Below are positions 24,691-37,700 of a stretch of DNA of 64,000 nt, piece after piece (within the stretch, counting starts at the first letter, position 1; each line of letters begins with the position of its first letter). The stretch is from contig NC_058368.1 of the NCBI RefSeq assembly GCF_018350175.1, forward strand, positions 5,704,001 to 5,768,000, read 5' to 3'. Position numbers and translations under genes: made by a program. Source of the stretch: Felis catus. Lineage: Eukaryota. The notes below the pieces were generated by a model. The model made no database searches, was not told the DNA's origin, and worked only from the letters and a program-made list of their open reading frames with translations.

Positions 24691-25700
24691 CGACGGTTGT
24701 CACCACATGCTGTAAATGAGTTTGCTCCTATCCGAAGAGGTGGCCCAGCCTCAAGGAGGTGGGGTCGCCTTCCCGCCACACACCAGTGTCACCCAAGCAG
24801 AGTCAGAGACCAGACCCTCATCTTCGACTCCAGGCCTCCTTCCACAAAGCCAACGTTTTGCGAGCCACCCAAGTGCATCCATTTCTAATTACGTCTCATT
24901 TGGAGTGCCCGGAAAGCAGTGGAGCCCCCAGAGATCAGGAGGGGTGGCCGCCTGGGAGCAGGCTTCCGATCGACCGGAGGCCAGAGGCCTTGGGGAGGGT
25001 TTTGGGGGGGAAGGTCAAAGTCTGCGCTCCAAGGAAGCTAGAAAATAATAGTCGAATGCTGGCGCCTTTTCCATCCCTAAATGCAGAAGGAACATGGAAC
25101 AGACATGGAGACCGCCCTCCTCTAAAGGAATACGGAAACCAGTCTGTCCACATCAGAGCAAATAAAAACAGAGGAGTTCACAAAAGCTGTCAGCTGTTGT
25201 GATCCGATTCAGAAAAGAGAAGCCTTGTTGAGGAAGGTGATTTCCAGCCAGAATCACCTTAATGGAGACGAGGATGGTCTATAAAAGAAATCGGTTGGGT
25301 GGATTTAATCCTGTGTAGGGAAGAACCCTGGGCAAGGCCTGAAGCAGCAAACGTGTCAGTTGAGACAACAGGGAGAGCTGCTCAGAGCAATCGGAGAGTC
25401 CACTGCACCCCCAGGCAAGGCCGGTGAAACCTGCAGCCTTGCTGACAAATAGCACAGGTGAGGAAATGCATTCTAGAACAAAGGGAGTAAAAGGTCCAGG
25501 AAATTACAGAAAGGCTCACTGGATTACCCAAATGGGGATTTCTGGTGACTGCATCCTGGGCACAGGAAAGAGAGGATGAGGAAACTCAACTCGTAAGGAA
25601 GTAAAACACCTCATTAGCATTTACCTAATGCCTAAGCTGCGTGTGTCAACTAAAAATAATTGGTTCTCTGTTATCTTACGGACGGGAACTCCCAAGTGCC

Positions 25701-25742
25701 TTTGTTGTTGTTGTTGTTGTCGTCGCTGTTGTTGTTGTTGTT
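25701..25742. repeat. (GTT)n trinucleotide repeat with GTC/GCT interruptions
   Basis: Seen directly. Confidence 0.9.
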
Positions 25743-26719
25743 ATGGACAGGCGTTCAATAATTTAAGAAAACTTCCATAAATACCTTTTGTCATTTGTTA
25801 TGAAGCAAGAAAAGGACTTCTTGTGCCCTTTAAGTGGCACGTTAGCTGTGCTAGAAATGGGCGCAGCAGCTGAGCCACTGTAGTCAAAGTGTTGCAGAAT
25901 CTTTACGCGATTTGTGCAAGAGGACGAGGAAACCCTTGTCTCCCTGTGTTGCAGGGAGTGAGTTGATGGATACGGAGGCAGGTTAGTGTCAGTCCGTGGT
26001 TTGCTAGGAACACGTCCCCAGAATCTAGTTCCAGGATGACTTAAGAAAATTTATTTTTCCGACCGTGACTTAAGTTAGTTTAATGTCCTCTTTTCAAAAA
26101 TCATTTTTACTCGAGAAGTTCATGTTCAGTAACTTGTGCTGGTGGTTCATCACATCCCCTGTAAAGCAGGACAAAATATTCTAATCTTTTTTTTTTTTTT
26201 TGCAAGTCAGTTTTATTTAACCCATTTGAACAACAATAGAAACAGGAGGTAAATTTAAGGAAAAAAAAAATTTTTTTTCATGGTGTAGGTCTTATCATTT
26301 GAATAGTGATATTTCACATTCCAAGCAGAGATTAGTTCTTCAGGAGGTTTTTAGAAGATCTTGGCTAATCACTTCTCTACTTCATTATCAGTGAGTGTCT
26401 GCTTTTTAGTTTGACTCCCTCCTCCTCCCTACCTCCAACTGTGATGGTAAAGCATCCCAGCCAGCAGAAAACAGATGACCGCAAACACCCATTCTGAAAT
26501 CGAGTTACAATTTAAACATAATCCAGGAATAGCCAGATGCCTCTGCTTTCTCAATGGGCCCGTCCTGACTCCTTTGGGAGACTGAGGAAAGAAGAAGAGA
26601 CCTTCTGGCCCCGAAAGTACAGATGCAAAGTTGCTTTTGTAGTACATTTAAGAGAATTGTTGAATCCCCTGGTTGTATCAGACTTCTGGAGGAAAAAAGA
26701 ATTCAAGGGGCAGTGCTGG

Positions 26720-26800
26720 ACTTTTTTTTTTCTTTCTTTCTTTTGTTCTTTCTTTCTTTCTTTCTTTCCGTCTTTCCTTCTTTCCTTCTTTCCTTCTTGT
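26720..26800. repeat. (TTTC)n-like pyrimidine tract
   Basis: Seen directly. Confidence 0.85.
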
Positions 26801-27397
26801 CTGTTTTTGCACCCGACGCTACTCTGAAATGCACACCCAAGTCCCAGGTGTGGTCTTTGTTGTACAGCACAGTAGTTTGGCATCTCTATGCCTGGAACCT
26901 GGAAAGCCACTTAAGGGCCATTTGGTCACCAGGTCATTAGGTGACTGTGACATCATTGACCTTGTAGTAGACGACTCAGAGTTTGTAAAAGTTATTGCTC
27001 AGAGATGATCATCGTCGTGGGAATTGCTGCATTTAGCAATAGATGTGTTGAACTTTTGGAGAGATTTCTCTAGTAATAAAAGCGGGGGGGGGGGGGGAAT
27101 GGATGTGTCTCTGCTAGTGAGCAGAAGAGTAAATCCTTCTGGAGGCCAGGACGCGGGAATGACTGCTTATTTAAGAGCCTTGGTGGTTTAGCCATTCAGT
27201 TAGTTGCAATTATGTCTTCCCTTTCTAACAAGGCAGTGATAATACGGTTATTCAGTGTTTATTCTCTTGCCCTAGCAATTAGGATTGGCTCAAGGCACCT
27301 TAGGTGGTGGTAATTGGGAATTCACACTTGCTAATGAGTAAACATGTTGGCTTCATAGCAAATAGAATCACTGATTGGCTTAATACGGGACAGGTCA

Positions 27398-27892
27398 CTT
27401 ACTCATCATGCAACAGACATTTATTGAAAACCGAGGACGTGCCGGGCCAGGGTGTGGCATAGGATGAAACAGACAGGTCCCCACCGTGTTAGAGCTTACA
27501 TCCCAGTGAGGGTCACACGCAGTGAACAAACAGCGAATAAACTCCAGATTCAGTGGTGACTGGTGTGAGGAACATGGAACAGAGGTTTGTCACAGGGAAT
27601 GAATGGGTTTACGTGTCAGGAAAGTCTCTCAAGATGTCACTTAGAGACCTAAATAAAACACATAGCCAACCCAACAAAGATCTGGGGAAGCAGCATCCCA
27701 GACGGTGGAAAGTGTTGGTGGTCTGGCTGGGGCCTGTAAAATTCAGGGCAAAGTCACCTAAGAGACAGCAGAGAGATTTGCAGGGAACGATAACGGATCA
27801 GGATTTCAGCCACCAGGAGCCATGGAAATGGCTCAAGCAAGAGAAATGCATGACTCGATATTGTAAAATACATGATTGCCATGCCATTTTAA
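27398..27892 (-). mobile_element. L2 3' fragment
   Basis: CAACAGACATTTATTGA...GAAACAGACAGGTCCCC...GAGCTTACATCCCAGTG...GGAGCCATGGAA. Confidence 0.7.
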
Positions 27893-27904
27893 AGCCACAG
27901 TAGA

Positions 27905-28455
27905 ACAAATATATATATATACATATATAAGATATATAAATATAAAATAATATATAAAATACAGAAAAATAATATATATAATATATATATATGTAAAAGT
28001 GAAAGTAAAAAGATAAGAAAGTACTTTGGTATGAATTTATTGTAACAGTTAAAATTAACACATTTGTTTTAAGGCCAATTAGTAGTAACAGTGAGGAGAT
28101 TTTTAAAATGACAGAAATTTAAAATAAGTTTTATGGAGGACAGATGTCTTATCTTATTTTTTTTTCTACTTTCTTTTGGGTTCTATTGAGAAAAGCCCTG
28201 TTGTACAAAGAGTAGTTGCCATTCACAGTTAACCATGGGAATCTCAGACTATGTTTTCCTTTTTTGTTGTTCTTGATTATATTTAATGTAATGATATATT
28301 TGCTTAATATGTAAAGTAATATAAGTAATATATAAATATATTATTAAATAATTGTGTAATTATTTTTATAATTATTAAATATAAGCATAAATAATATAGA
28401 AATAATTTATATCAATAATATGTTTGCCTACATTTCTTATATATGTATATCATAT
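27905..28455. repeat. AT-rich low-complexity tracts (about 27905-28000 and 28290-28455)
   Basis: Seen directly. Confidence 0.8.
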
Positions 28456-28815
28456 AAAGAGGCTACTGATGGTTTACATAAGCACTAGAGTTCTCTAAAC
28501 TAGCCTCAGCTGATAAAGTGATTGTTCTCTTGTTACGCGACTGACTTATGCAGACAAGAATATGGTCAAGCGATGCACTTGGAACAGAATAGGCTAATTG
28601 CCAGTATTGTTTTAGCTATAATGGACACATAATGCTTTTTTAAAAATACCAATATACAACTACAACCTTTCTAATACGTGACCTGTTTATAAGACTGAAT
28701 GTAAGAAACTTTAATCTGAGATCTTTATAGAAGCAAGTTAATTTGAAAACATTTGCAGCTTTTAATATTAAGGTCTGGTGTGTCTTACATGAAATATTTA
28801 TAGGTTCTTATTTTA

Positions 28816-28876
28816 TATTCTTAATTTTTTTTTAACGTTTCTTTTTGAGAGAGAGAGAGCACAAGCAGGGGAGGGG

Positions 28877-28941
<65 letters not shown>

Positions 28942-29066
28942 CAAGCAGGCTCCCGCATTGTCAGCACAGAGCCTGATGCAGGGCTTGAACTCATGAACCG
29001 TGAGATCATGACCTGAGCCGAAACCAAGCATCAGACACTCAACTGACTGAGCCACCCAGGCACCCC
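28816..29066 (-). mobile_element. CanSINE with expanded (GA)n
   Basis: 12-bp TSD GTTCTTATTTTA at 28804-28815 and 29069-29080. Confidence 0.93.
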
Positions 29067-29256
29067 ACGTTCTTATTTTAAATGTTTTTACAAATATTCA
29101 ATGTATAGAGAATGCAACTTAAAAGCTAGTGGTTGAAGGGTAGTGAACAGTACTATAACCTTAAAAGTACTTATCCCCGTATTTCAATTGAGTCACTATG
29201 TCCAGAAGCATACGTTCAAAAAATTTGAAGGCTTTGGTAAGAATATACACTTTAGA

Positions 29257-29471
29257 GGGGCACCTGGGTGGCTCAGTTGGTTGAGCGTCCGACTTCAGCT
29301 CAGGTCATGATCTCACAGTTTGTGGGTTCAAGCCCCATATCGGGCTCTGTGCTGACAGCTCAGAGCCTGAAGCCTGCTTCAGATTCTGTGTTTCCTTCTC
29401 TCTCTGCCCCTCCCCCGCTCACACTTTGTCTCACTCTGTTTCTCAAAAATAAATCAATGTAAAAAAATATT
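29257..29471 (+). mobile_element. CanSINE
   Basis: Perfect 19-bp TSD TAAGAATATACACTTTAGA at 29238-29256 and 29472-29490. Confidence 0.95.
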
Positions 29472-29777
29472 TAAGAATATACACTTTAGAGAAAATAAAA
29501 CACACATAACTATTTTAATATCACTTACATATCTAGTTGAGGCATATAAAATGAATGACTTAAATTTTTTTGGTATTTAAATTAAAAAATATAATTTAAG
29601 CAAGAGTTTTACATGCACTCATTTAATTCATTGATAAATATACCTTTTCATCACCACTGAAATAAAAAATTTTCAATGCTGCTGCACATTTCTTTTTTCC
29701 AGTTTGTCACAAATAGTTAAGGTTCCAGATGGAAAAAGTGTTAGATATTCTAGGTATTTCTAGATTGATAGTTGTTT

Positions 29778-29950
29778 ATTTTTTTTTTTTAAGTTATTTA
29801 TTCATTTTGAGAGGAAAAAAAAGATCCCAAGCAGGCTCCACACTGATAGTGCAGAGCCCGACTGGGAGCTCTGTCTCGCGAACCCTGAGCTGGGACCGGA
29901 GCCGAAATCGAGTTGGACGCTCAACCGACTGAGCCACCCAGACGGCCCCC
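29778..29950 (-). mobile_element. CanSINE (internally shortened)
   Basis: Antisense body; TSD AT(A/G)GTTGTTT. Confidence 0.88.
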
Positions 29951-31604
29951 ATGGTTGTTTTGTTCATTAAAGCATCGGAATGTCACCCAGACCTTTTGTC
30001 ATCCTGGCGATATCCTACCTGTTCAGAAAACATTTGCTTTTCTGAAAAGACCCGAGGGCAGGAACTTGCTGAAGGCGCTTTTGTCACATGCGACTTTGGG
30101 ACCATTGTCCTCGCTCACACATCTGTTGAAAACTGAAGACATAGCCAAGTTGCCACAGGCTGGAGACAGAGCCCTTTGCCTGCTTCCCAGGTGACACAGT
30201 GTCTCTCACCAGGTGCAGAAGATCAAAGACACTAGAGCGCTCAGAGCACAGGGGCGTGGGACGGGATTGTGAGCAAGCTGCTCCCTATCATGTCACTGGA
30301 CAAATTGGTTGTATTCTTTGACCGGGTGTCTACAGATCTTCTCTATGCGGGAGCGTTGGAGACATGTTGGCTTCCCGAAGTAAAACCCAAGTGAGCTTTT
30401 TGTTCGATAACCCAGAGAAAGGCTGCAGCCATAGGTTTCTGCTCCGTTTCGGCCACTGCTCCTTTGTGTCCACAGACCACACGGGCCTGGGTCAACCGGC
30501 TGAAGACCACGTTGCTACTGTTCCTCAAAGCTTTTCACTTCAGTTTCTTCGGTACGTGGAAATGAAAATACATGCATAGCCTCGACAACCATTGATTTGT
30601 ATGTGTTCTCTTTTGTTGAGGAATGTCTAGGGGAAGAGTGCACTGTGTCTCATTCTGGATAAAGAATTTTCCTGAGGATCTTCAGGGACTTTTTTTCCAT
30701 TAAGCCCAGCAGACATCCTCATTTATGTACTTCAGATGCTCGGTTCTTATTGTTCCTTAGGTGACTTTTTCTTCTTCTTCCTTTTTATGTAGTATTCTCA
30801 GAGGGCATAACCACACCATTCCATCAAGTTTACTTCATTGTTCTGTCACTGCTGGATTCCTTGCATTAATTTCTTTCTTGAACACGCCAGCTTATACTTA
30901 ACCCGCGCATAGATCTCCCGTTTTCTGACTTTAGTTCTTTTATAGCTCTGTTGGAACATGTCCAACGTATGACATCATTAGAAATGCTGCGTAGGCTCTG
31001 AGATGGACCTTCTGTTTATCGCCTTGATTTTCTGTGCTGCCATTCACGTGTGTATATCGTGTGTGTGTGTGCGCGTGTGTGTGCGCACGCAGCACGTCTC
31101 ATCTGCTACCATTTGCAACAACAAAAGAACATCCACCATTTACAAGAACAACAACAAAATGAAGTTACAACAAAAGAAAAACCTGATCATTGAATTTATA
31201 GTCGACTTTTGTCATTTGTTCTCCCCGGACTGTGTCCACCCATCTGTGAGCAGGACAGGACATGATGGCACCTCTCATTTTTTCCTTCTATAAGCCATTA
31301 CCCATTCATATCCAATCTCTTCCAAACATTTAAAAAAAAAATGCCGACAAGTAGTTTCATGGCTTTTTTTAATGTCTGTGAGTGGGTATATCCTGTTGTC
31401 GAAGGTCACGTCATAAGAGCAGATTTCTCTGACGGAACCTTGTCTTCTCAGAACCTTCTCTGATAGAACCTCCTTCTAGTCTTCAGGGGTCAGCCTGGAT
31501 AAAAGTGGAGCTTCTGGTAACTTTCCACACCCGGTTTCTCGTACACGTTCGCTCACTCAGAGATGCCAATATTGTCATCCTTTGTGGTGATGCTAATCCA
31601 GGCA

Positions 31605-31990
31605 AGAGCACGTATTGAGCCTTGCGTTTTGCCAGAGATCATGCTAGGTGATAAAGAAATAGGAAAAGAGTAAAGTGATGATGTCTGATGGGCAGGTAGA
31701 GAATGGGAATACAGTGTGAAAAGTGTTTTAAGAGGGTATTGGAGAGACTGAGAGAGCCCAGTGCAAGTTAGAATTTGTTAGTAGGGGGCAAAGCAGGGGA
31801 AGGGGATTTTGGCTGTAGAGAAAAACTCTGCAGAGTTCTCCGGGCACAATGAAAAGGTTAGTGTGATGGGCCAGGAGTCCACGTCGTGGTGAAAGTTTAG
31901 GTTGGATAAGTAGGTAGGGACCAAATTACATGACCTATGATGAGGCTGGGGTTTTATTCTATAAGCCACAGGGAGCCATTAAAAGCCTCA
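31605..31990 (-). mobile_element. L2 fragment
   Basis: GCACGTATTGAGCC...ATGCTAGGTG...TTTTATTCTATAAGCCACAGGGAGCCATT. Confidence 0.55.
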
Positions 31991-32015
31991 CTAATTAGAA
32001 ATAGCTGTAGGACGA

Positions 32016-32182
32016 GGGGCACCTGGGTGGCTCAGTCGGTTAAGCATCCGACTTCGGCTCAGGTCATGATCTCACGGTTCGTGGGTTCCAGCCCCACATC
32101 GGGCTCTGTGCTGACAGCTCAGAGCCTGGAGCCTGTTTCAGATTCCGTATCTCCCTCTCTCCCTGCTCCTCCCCTGCTTGTG

Positions 32183-32235
<53 letters not shown>

Positions 32236-32269
32236 CAAAAATAAACAAACATCCAAAAAAAATTTATAT
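32016..32269 (+). mobile_element. CanSINE with expanded (CT)n
   Basis: Canonical head; TSD ATAGCT(G/A)TAGG. Confidence 0.93.
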
Positions 32270-32660
32270 ATAGCTATAGGCTGAGATCTCATGAGTGGCA
32301 AATATTAAACAGAATCACTTGGCCTTTTTTCACCAAGATCTCTACAGTTTGCCCATACAAAAGCAAGTGTAGATGTCTCCAGAATGTCTCTGTCATGCAA
32401 GGTTGTACCAGGACATGCCTATTTAATCCCCTGCTCTAAAACGATTTACATTATAGGAAGGTTTTCTTACAGTGGTTTCACACCCTTTTTGAGGAGAGAG
32501 AAAAATTGTAGGTTACTACCTGCTTGACACATAAGCAGTAAGCAACCAAATATGCAAACGTAGGGTAATGCCCCCTTGGGCTGACCTCCAGCCCTGGGGA
32601 CTTCATGACTCTCCTAATGTGGAGAATGCGGTTTCTCACATAAAGCCTAATGGGTAGCTA

Positions 32661-32786
32661 TTCATATAACACATACGTTACATGTTCATAGAACATATAT
32701 ATTACATGGTCATATAACATACGTGTTATATGTTCATATGACATGTCCCATGTTCATATGACATACACATTCTACGTTCATGAGAC
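32661..32786. repeat. Degenerate minisatellite, about 20-24-bp unit (TTCATAT(A/G)ACAT...CATG), about 5.5 copies
   Basis: Recurring TTCATATAAC/GTTCATAGAAC/GTCATATAAC/TTCATATGAC x2/TTCATGAGAC. Confidence 0.75.
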
Positions 32787-33081
32787 GTAACAGCTATAAA
32801 TTATGCTGATTACAAGAATAGACAAAATGGTAAAACCTAGATTACTGCTATGAATTATATCCAAAAACTATACCTATATCCCAAAACAATAACTCTATGC
32901 AAAAATAACTGCTAGGTGTACCTCAGGGTCACGAGGCCAAGAATAAATAGCCAAGTCCCATCTCCTCCTCTTCATACTTTTTCAACTTACTCTCCCTGTC
33001 GCTCTCCCAGGCATACATTCTTGGTTCCTCAACGTCTGTCCTTGGGCCAGTGGCTTGTCATTGTTTTGGAACTAGAAATCT

Positions 33082-33545
33082 TGTATCAGTAGAGACTGCT
33101 TCCAGTTGCAAATAACAGAGGTCCCCGTTCAAACCACCTTCCAGGTCTTGAGAAGTCCCGGCTGGTACAATTTGAACATCCCGCTGGAGGGCAGTCATGG
33201 CTGAGGGGTCCCTGGCCAGGAATGTCACCAGGGCCCAGAGTCTTTCCACTTTGCTCCAATACTTCATACTAAGTCTGCTCCAGCCCCTGACATGATCACA
33301 GGGAGATCATCCCACATGAACCTTGTTCACAACCATTGAAAGGAAAGTTTGCCCCTGACAAATCGTTCACGAGTTTCTGTTTTTCTGGAAGGGGCCATCC
33401 TGCACCAATCCCTACAGTCAGGGAAATGCCATGGTGGATCCTTGAGGTCTGGATTACCAGCATCCATCCATGTAGGAATGTAGGAACTCCATGTAGGAGT
33501 GCTCCTCAACAAGGGAGGAAAGAAAAGGATGTTGGTGGGGACGTT
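33082..33545. mobile_element. Old MaLR LTR (MLT1J/K-like) fragment
   Basis: CTGCTTCCAGTTGCAAATAACAGAGG...TTCAAAC terminal motif; extent approximate. Confidence 0.5.
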
Positions 33546-33554
33546 ACATGCAAC

Positions 33555-33555
<1 letters not shown>

Positions 33556-33585
<30 letters not shown>

Positions 33586-33608
33586 CATACATACATACAT
33601 ACATACAT
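33556..33608. repeat. (TACA)13 tetranucleotide microsatellite
   Basis: Seen directly. Confidence 0.95.
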
Positions 33609-36525
33609 TACAGGCCTCTGAGAATCTGATGAAAGCATGTCTTGTCTCTCTACGTGTCAATTTTGCATTAGATTTTTAGGGGATTCACTCACCTCCTAAA
33701 GACTGTCATTCTTTATCTCAGAAAAATTACATCTCTTCCAGAGCAGAGATGCATCTTTCTCTTAGATTTTCGCATTCTCCTGTACTCTGTATCCATTCTG
33801 GAAGCACACCATCTAACACTGGAGGTCAGTTGTGGTTTTTACTTGCTGTTTCATAATTTTTACGGATGACCCGGAGACAGGTCAAGTAATAAGATGTGAG
33901 CGATTAATTGCAAACATCCAATTCATTCTTTAAATCCATCACCCAAGGGTTTTTTCCACTGGGAAAGAAAGGGAAAATGTGTTCCCCCTGCCCTGTGCCC
34001 CACCTGTTTTATTTTCTACCACATCTTTCCTGATGCTATCCCAACATCAGCTGCAATGAATCTTTCCACAGACTGGTAGGAACCAAGAGTAAGGTAATCG
34101 GCCAGGCCTGTCAGAACAGCCTCACGCTGTGGGATCCGGGTGAGCCTTTTCAGTGAGAACTCTTCTCCAAACTGGAAAACATGAGCAAGCCGTGCTGTGG
34201 GCAGCCATCTTACTTTGAAATTTGAAAAGAAAGGGTTTGCCAGGAACACCAGGCAGGTCTTGCAGCTCTTCTGCTTGGAAGAAGCCGAGGACCTGACCTC
34301 TGGAGAGCCCCTTGTGCATTGTCTGTCCGTGTGCTTATGGGTAAACCCTGCTTTAAAAGTAATAAAAGAAGACTCTGGCAAAGTTTGCATGGTGTTGCCT
34401 CACTCCCCGTGTTCGCCTTGAAGACCCTTCTCTACAGAAGAGACCAGAGAGGATTTGACGGATTGCCAAGCCCATCCGTGGCCACCGGCCAAGTGGAGTT
34501 GGGGGGTCATATTTCCCAGCTCTCTGCAACCCAGGCTGTAGGTCTGGTTCTCAATCTGGACAGCCATCAAATGGCACCAGATAACTAAATGTTCATTTTC
34601 CTTTTCTGTTGACCTTAACGATCAGCTCAAAAGTTTTTTAAAAGGCAGCTGTGGTATGGTTCCTGCTTGTTCCACACAGAATTGTTCTGCAGGTGTGGCC
34701 TCAACTTGAACAATTTTTGCACACTTGTTCTCAAATGGCTGATTTGAAAACCCACTGTTTGCACTCACTTCCTGCTGAAGAGTATGGGTTAATTTTTTTT
34801 TTTTTTTTTTTTTTATGAAGCAGACATTTTTTTTCAAGAACTACTTTAAGATACTTAGCCTGACTACTTGGGCCACAGGAAACAAAGTTGTTAGTCCACA
34901 CAGGATTATGGAAAATGGGATTCTAGTTCCAAATCCAAAGCAACTCAGCTAGTGGATGGAGACCTGACACAGGTCAGTGGCCGAGGAGGGCCCAGAGGAA
35001 CCCCCTGCACGTCCAGCCCTGGCTAAGTGTGGGCCTCAGCCTCAGAGGGCAATGTTGACCGCCTGTCCTGCGGCGTCCTGTGACTTAGATGCCGTCTCTG
35101 CCCTGAGAGAGAAGACACTGGGCCCAGCACTTCTGCACACAGAGCTGGGAAAAGGCCTTGACTCACAAATGATAAGAATGGTAACGCTTCCTCTCCACAC
35201 ACGGGGAGGAAGCGTGAGACCCCATGCTACCTCCTAGTTCCGACACGTCCGTTGGGAAAGGAAAGGGAGCTCAAATGACTTTTTTCGGGGGCTTTGAGTC
35301 TACCTAGGACTTAACTGATAATACTATGTTCTCCATGTGGGAGGAGGTGGAAGAAACAGGAAAATACTTCCAAATGTTGGTTGTGGCCTGGCTGGATTCC
35401 AGAGTACTGGCGATCGTGGGTTCATTCACCCCTTCATAACATCTTCCTTGCGCACACCCCGACCTCGTTCCAGAATGGACTTTAAGCAGCTCAAAGACAT
35501 GAATCGAGTGTTACAGTGTAAAAGGTAATTTGTTGAAGGCCTGTAACTCTCTCCATGGGCTGGGCAGAACTTTGAGTGACTCACCCCTGGTCTGAAGTCC
35601 TATAAACAAATCCCCTAGGCTGAGATCTGCAAATTTTCCTCTATGTAATTCTCATAAAGAGAGTTTATTGTATTCCCCACCAATCGGGCCGTGCATTTTC
35701 CCAGGGAGACAGTACAATGCAGGCACCTGTATGGGCCATCAGACTCCTGTGAACTCTGGGGGGGGGGAACACAGAGGTCAGGCTATGCCAGGCACCTTGA
35801 TCCCTCATTATCTTTAATTAGTGTTTAGGAGGTTAATCGGGAGTGAAGCTTATCTTTTGTTACTTTAACAATTGAGTCAAGGGGGCACTATGGCCAAATT
35901 CGAATTGTTTGTTTGGGTTCTTATTTGAATTTGTAAAGTCAGATGTTTATTGCCCAGACCCGTGCCTTGGAGAGGTGCTGGAAGAGAAACGAGGGTACAG
36001 GAACAGTTATTTTTATTGTAATTAATTTGCAGCTTAATAGACCTGCTAGAAAGTTTGCTATTGAAAAGAAAATAACATTCATGAGCGTTCTCAGTGGTTT
36101 CAGACTTGACCCAAATCTTCTTAAGCTCAAATAGGCAAATTTGCTTCATTTTACATATAAAGGCAAGCTCACATTCAAGGAATTTAATTGATTAAAATAC
36201 TATTAAGTCATTACGCCCATGTCTCCCCTTCCTGTAGTTGATGCTCTGTCAAATCACATTTTCAATATTTTCATGGTAGAGCTAACTTTACTCTCAGGAA
36301 ATTGTATTTCAGCCCAATAGGCTTCGTTGTTCACAAACTGTCCTTAATCCTGGTTTAAATTTTCCTCTGCTTCTCTCCAGCACCCTGTGCTGTTTCTCTG
36401 CAGTTATTATCCATAAGCACCAAGCACTTTAAAAATAACTGTTGCCTTTGTATAAAGGCATATACTCTTTTCACCCTCCCACGTTCTTTTCTTCCTTCCT
36501 TTGCCACATTCACATACTTGCCCCT

Positions 36526-36862
36526 TGTTGCAAGATACACTGAGGCAAGTTAAGAATTGCAAGAGTCTCCATGAGCAACAATCAAATAGAGTCAGAAGCA
36601 ACAGACCAGAGGTGGCTAGGAGGTCTCTGCTAGGAGGAAGGAGCTCAGGGAGAGATTTCATAGAGAAAAAACAACAGCAAATGAAGGAGATTATTGATTG
36701 GCTATCGCTTAAAGCCTGGTCAGGTTTGTGATTGGTTGTCCTTCGGCGTCAGTTTCATAACCATGAGGTATTTACAAGCTTGGATTTTGGTTCGCCTATG
36801 TGCGCCACCGTGGCATTAAAACCGCATCGGTCTGAGGGCTTCCTTGTTTAATTAATTTAACA
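36526..36862 (-). mobile_element. ERV1-type solo LTR (337 bp)
   Basis: TGTT...AACA termini with 4-bp TSD CCCT at 36522-36525 and 36863-36866. The minus strand begins TGTTAAATTAATTAAACAAGGAAGCC; two minus-strand CCAAT boxes. Confidence 0.75.
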
Positions 36863-37199
36863 CCCTTAAATGAAGGCCATTGTTTTCAAGCTTCACGGGA
36901 GGGTGAACTTTGGACCTGCGCTGAAGTGCACGATTTCCATTGCACAAGAAAGCAACCCTTAGCCAATCTGTACGCCTGCCTGAGAAGGGTCGGCCCTTCT
37001 TTGGCAAAGTTAGAAGGTAGGCTGAAGTTAGAAGGTAGGCTTGGTAGTCTGTGGCCCTGGAAACTCTCTTCTTCACGAAGAAGATCTGTATGATGAGACC
37101 CTGGGAGGTCACACCAGCTCCTCCCTTCCTCCAGGACGAGGATGTGCTTGCTCGGCCTTTGGAAGGAGGAAGACGAAGGGCCCCGTGGGCTTGCCATCC

Positions 37200-37700
37200 C
37201 TTCATTTCTTCAATCCTTCCACGTATAGCCCTTGAGTATCTTCCTTGTACTCGGCACTGCTTTTGGTGCTGGGCATATAACCGTGAATGAAAAACATCGA
37301 ACTGACCCTCCTAGAACGTACCTTCTGGTGGGGAACAGAAAGGAAACACAAACTCTGTGGTGAAAAGTGAGATAAAGCAAACTAAACCAAGGTACAGATT
37401 TGGAGAGAGAGGAGGCGGGGAGGTTATACGCAAGCCGCTCTATGGAGAGAGCCACCCACCACCCACCGTGGGAAGAATATCCCAGACAGCCAGCCAAGTG
37501 CAAAGACCCTGATGTGGGAAACTAGTTAGTGTTCCCGGAATCGCGAGAAAGGCCATGTGGCTGGAGCGGAGGGGGGGAGGGGGAGCCTAGTAGGGGATTG
37601 GGTTTGAGAGGAAGCCAGGGTTTTGCATTTAGCGTTTGATTTTGAGCAGGGAGATGGCATGGTCCAGTGGGTAGAAGTAGAACTTTAACAGAACTTGACT
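37200..37700 (-). mobile_element. L2 3' fragment
   Basis: TTGAGTATCTTCC...GGCACTGCTTTTGGTGCTGGG...AAGTGCAAAGACCCTGA...GGCCATGTGGCTGGAGC. Confidence 0.7.

Noticed and set aside
32661..32786. CRISPR-like repeat-spacer array
   Set aside because: Units are contiguous and degenerate with no unique spacers, in mammalian intronic context.
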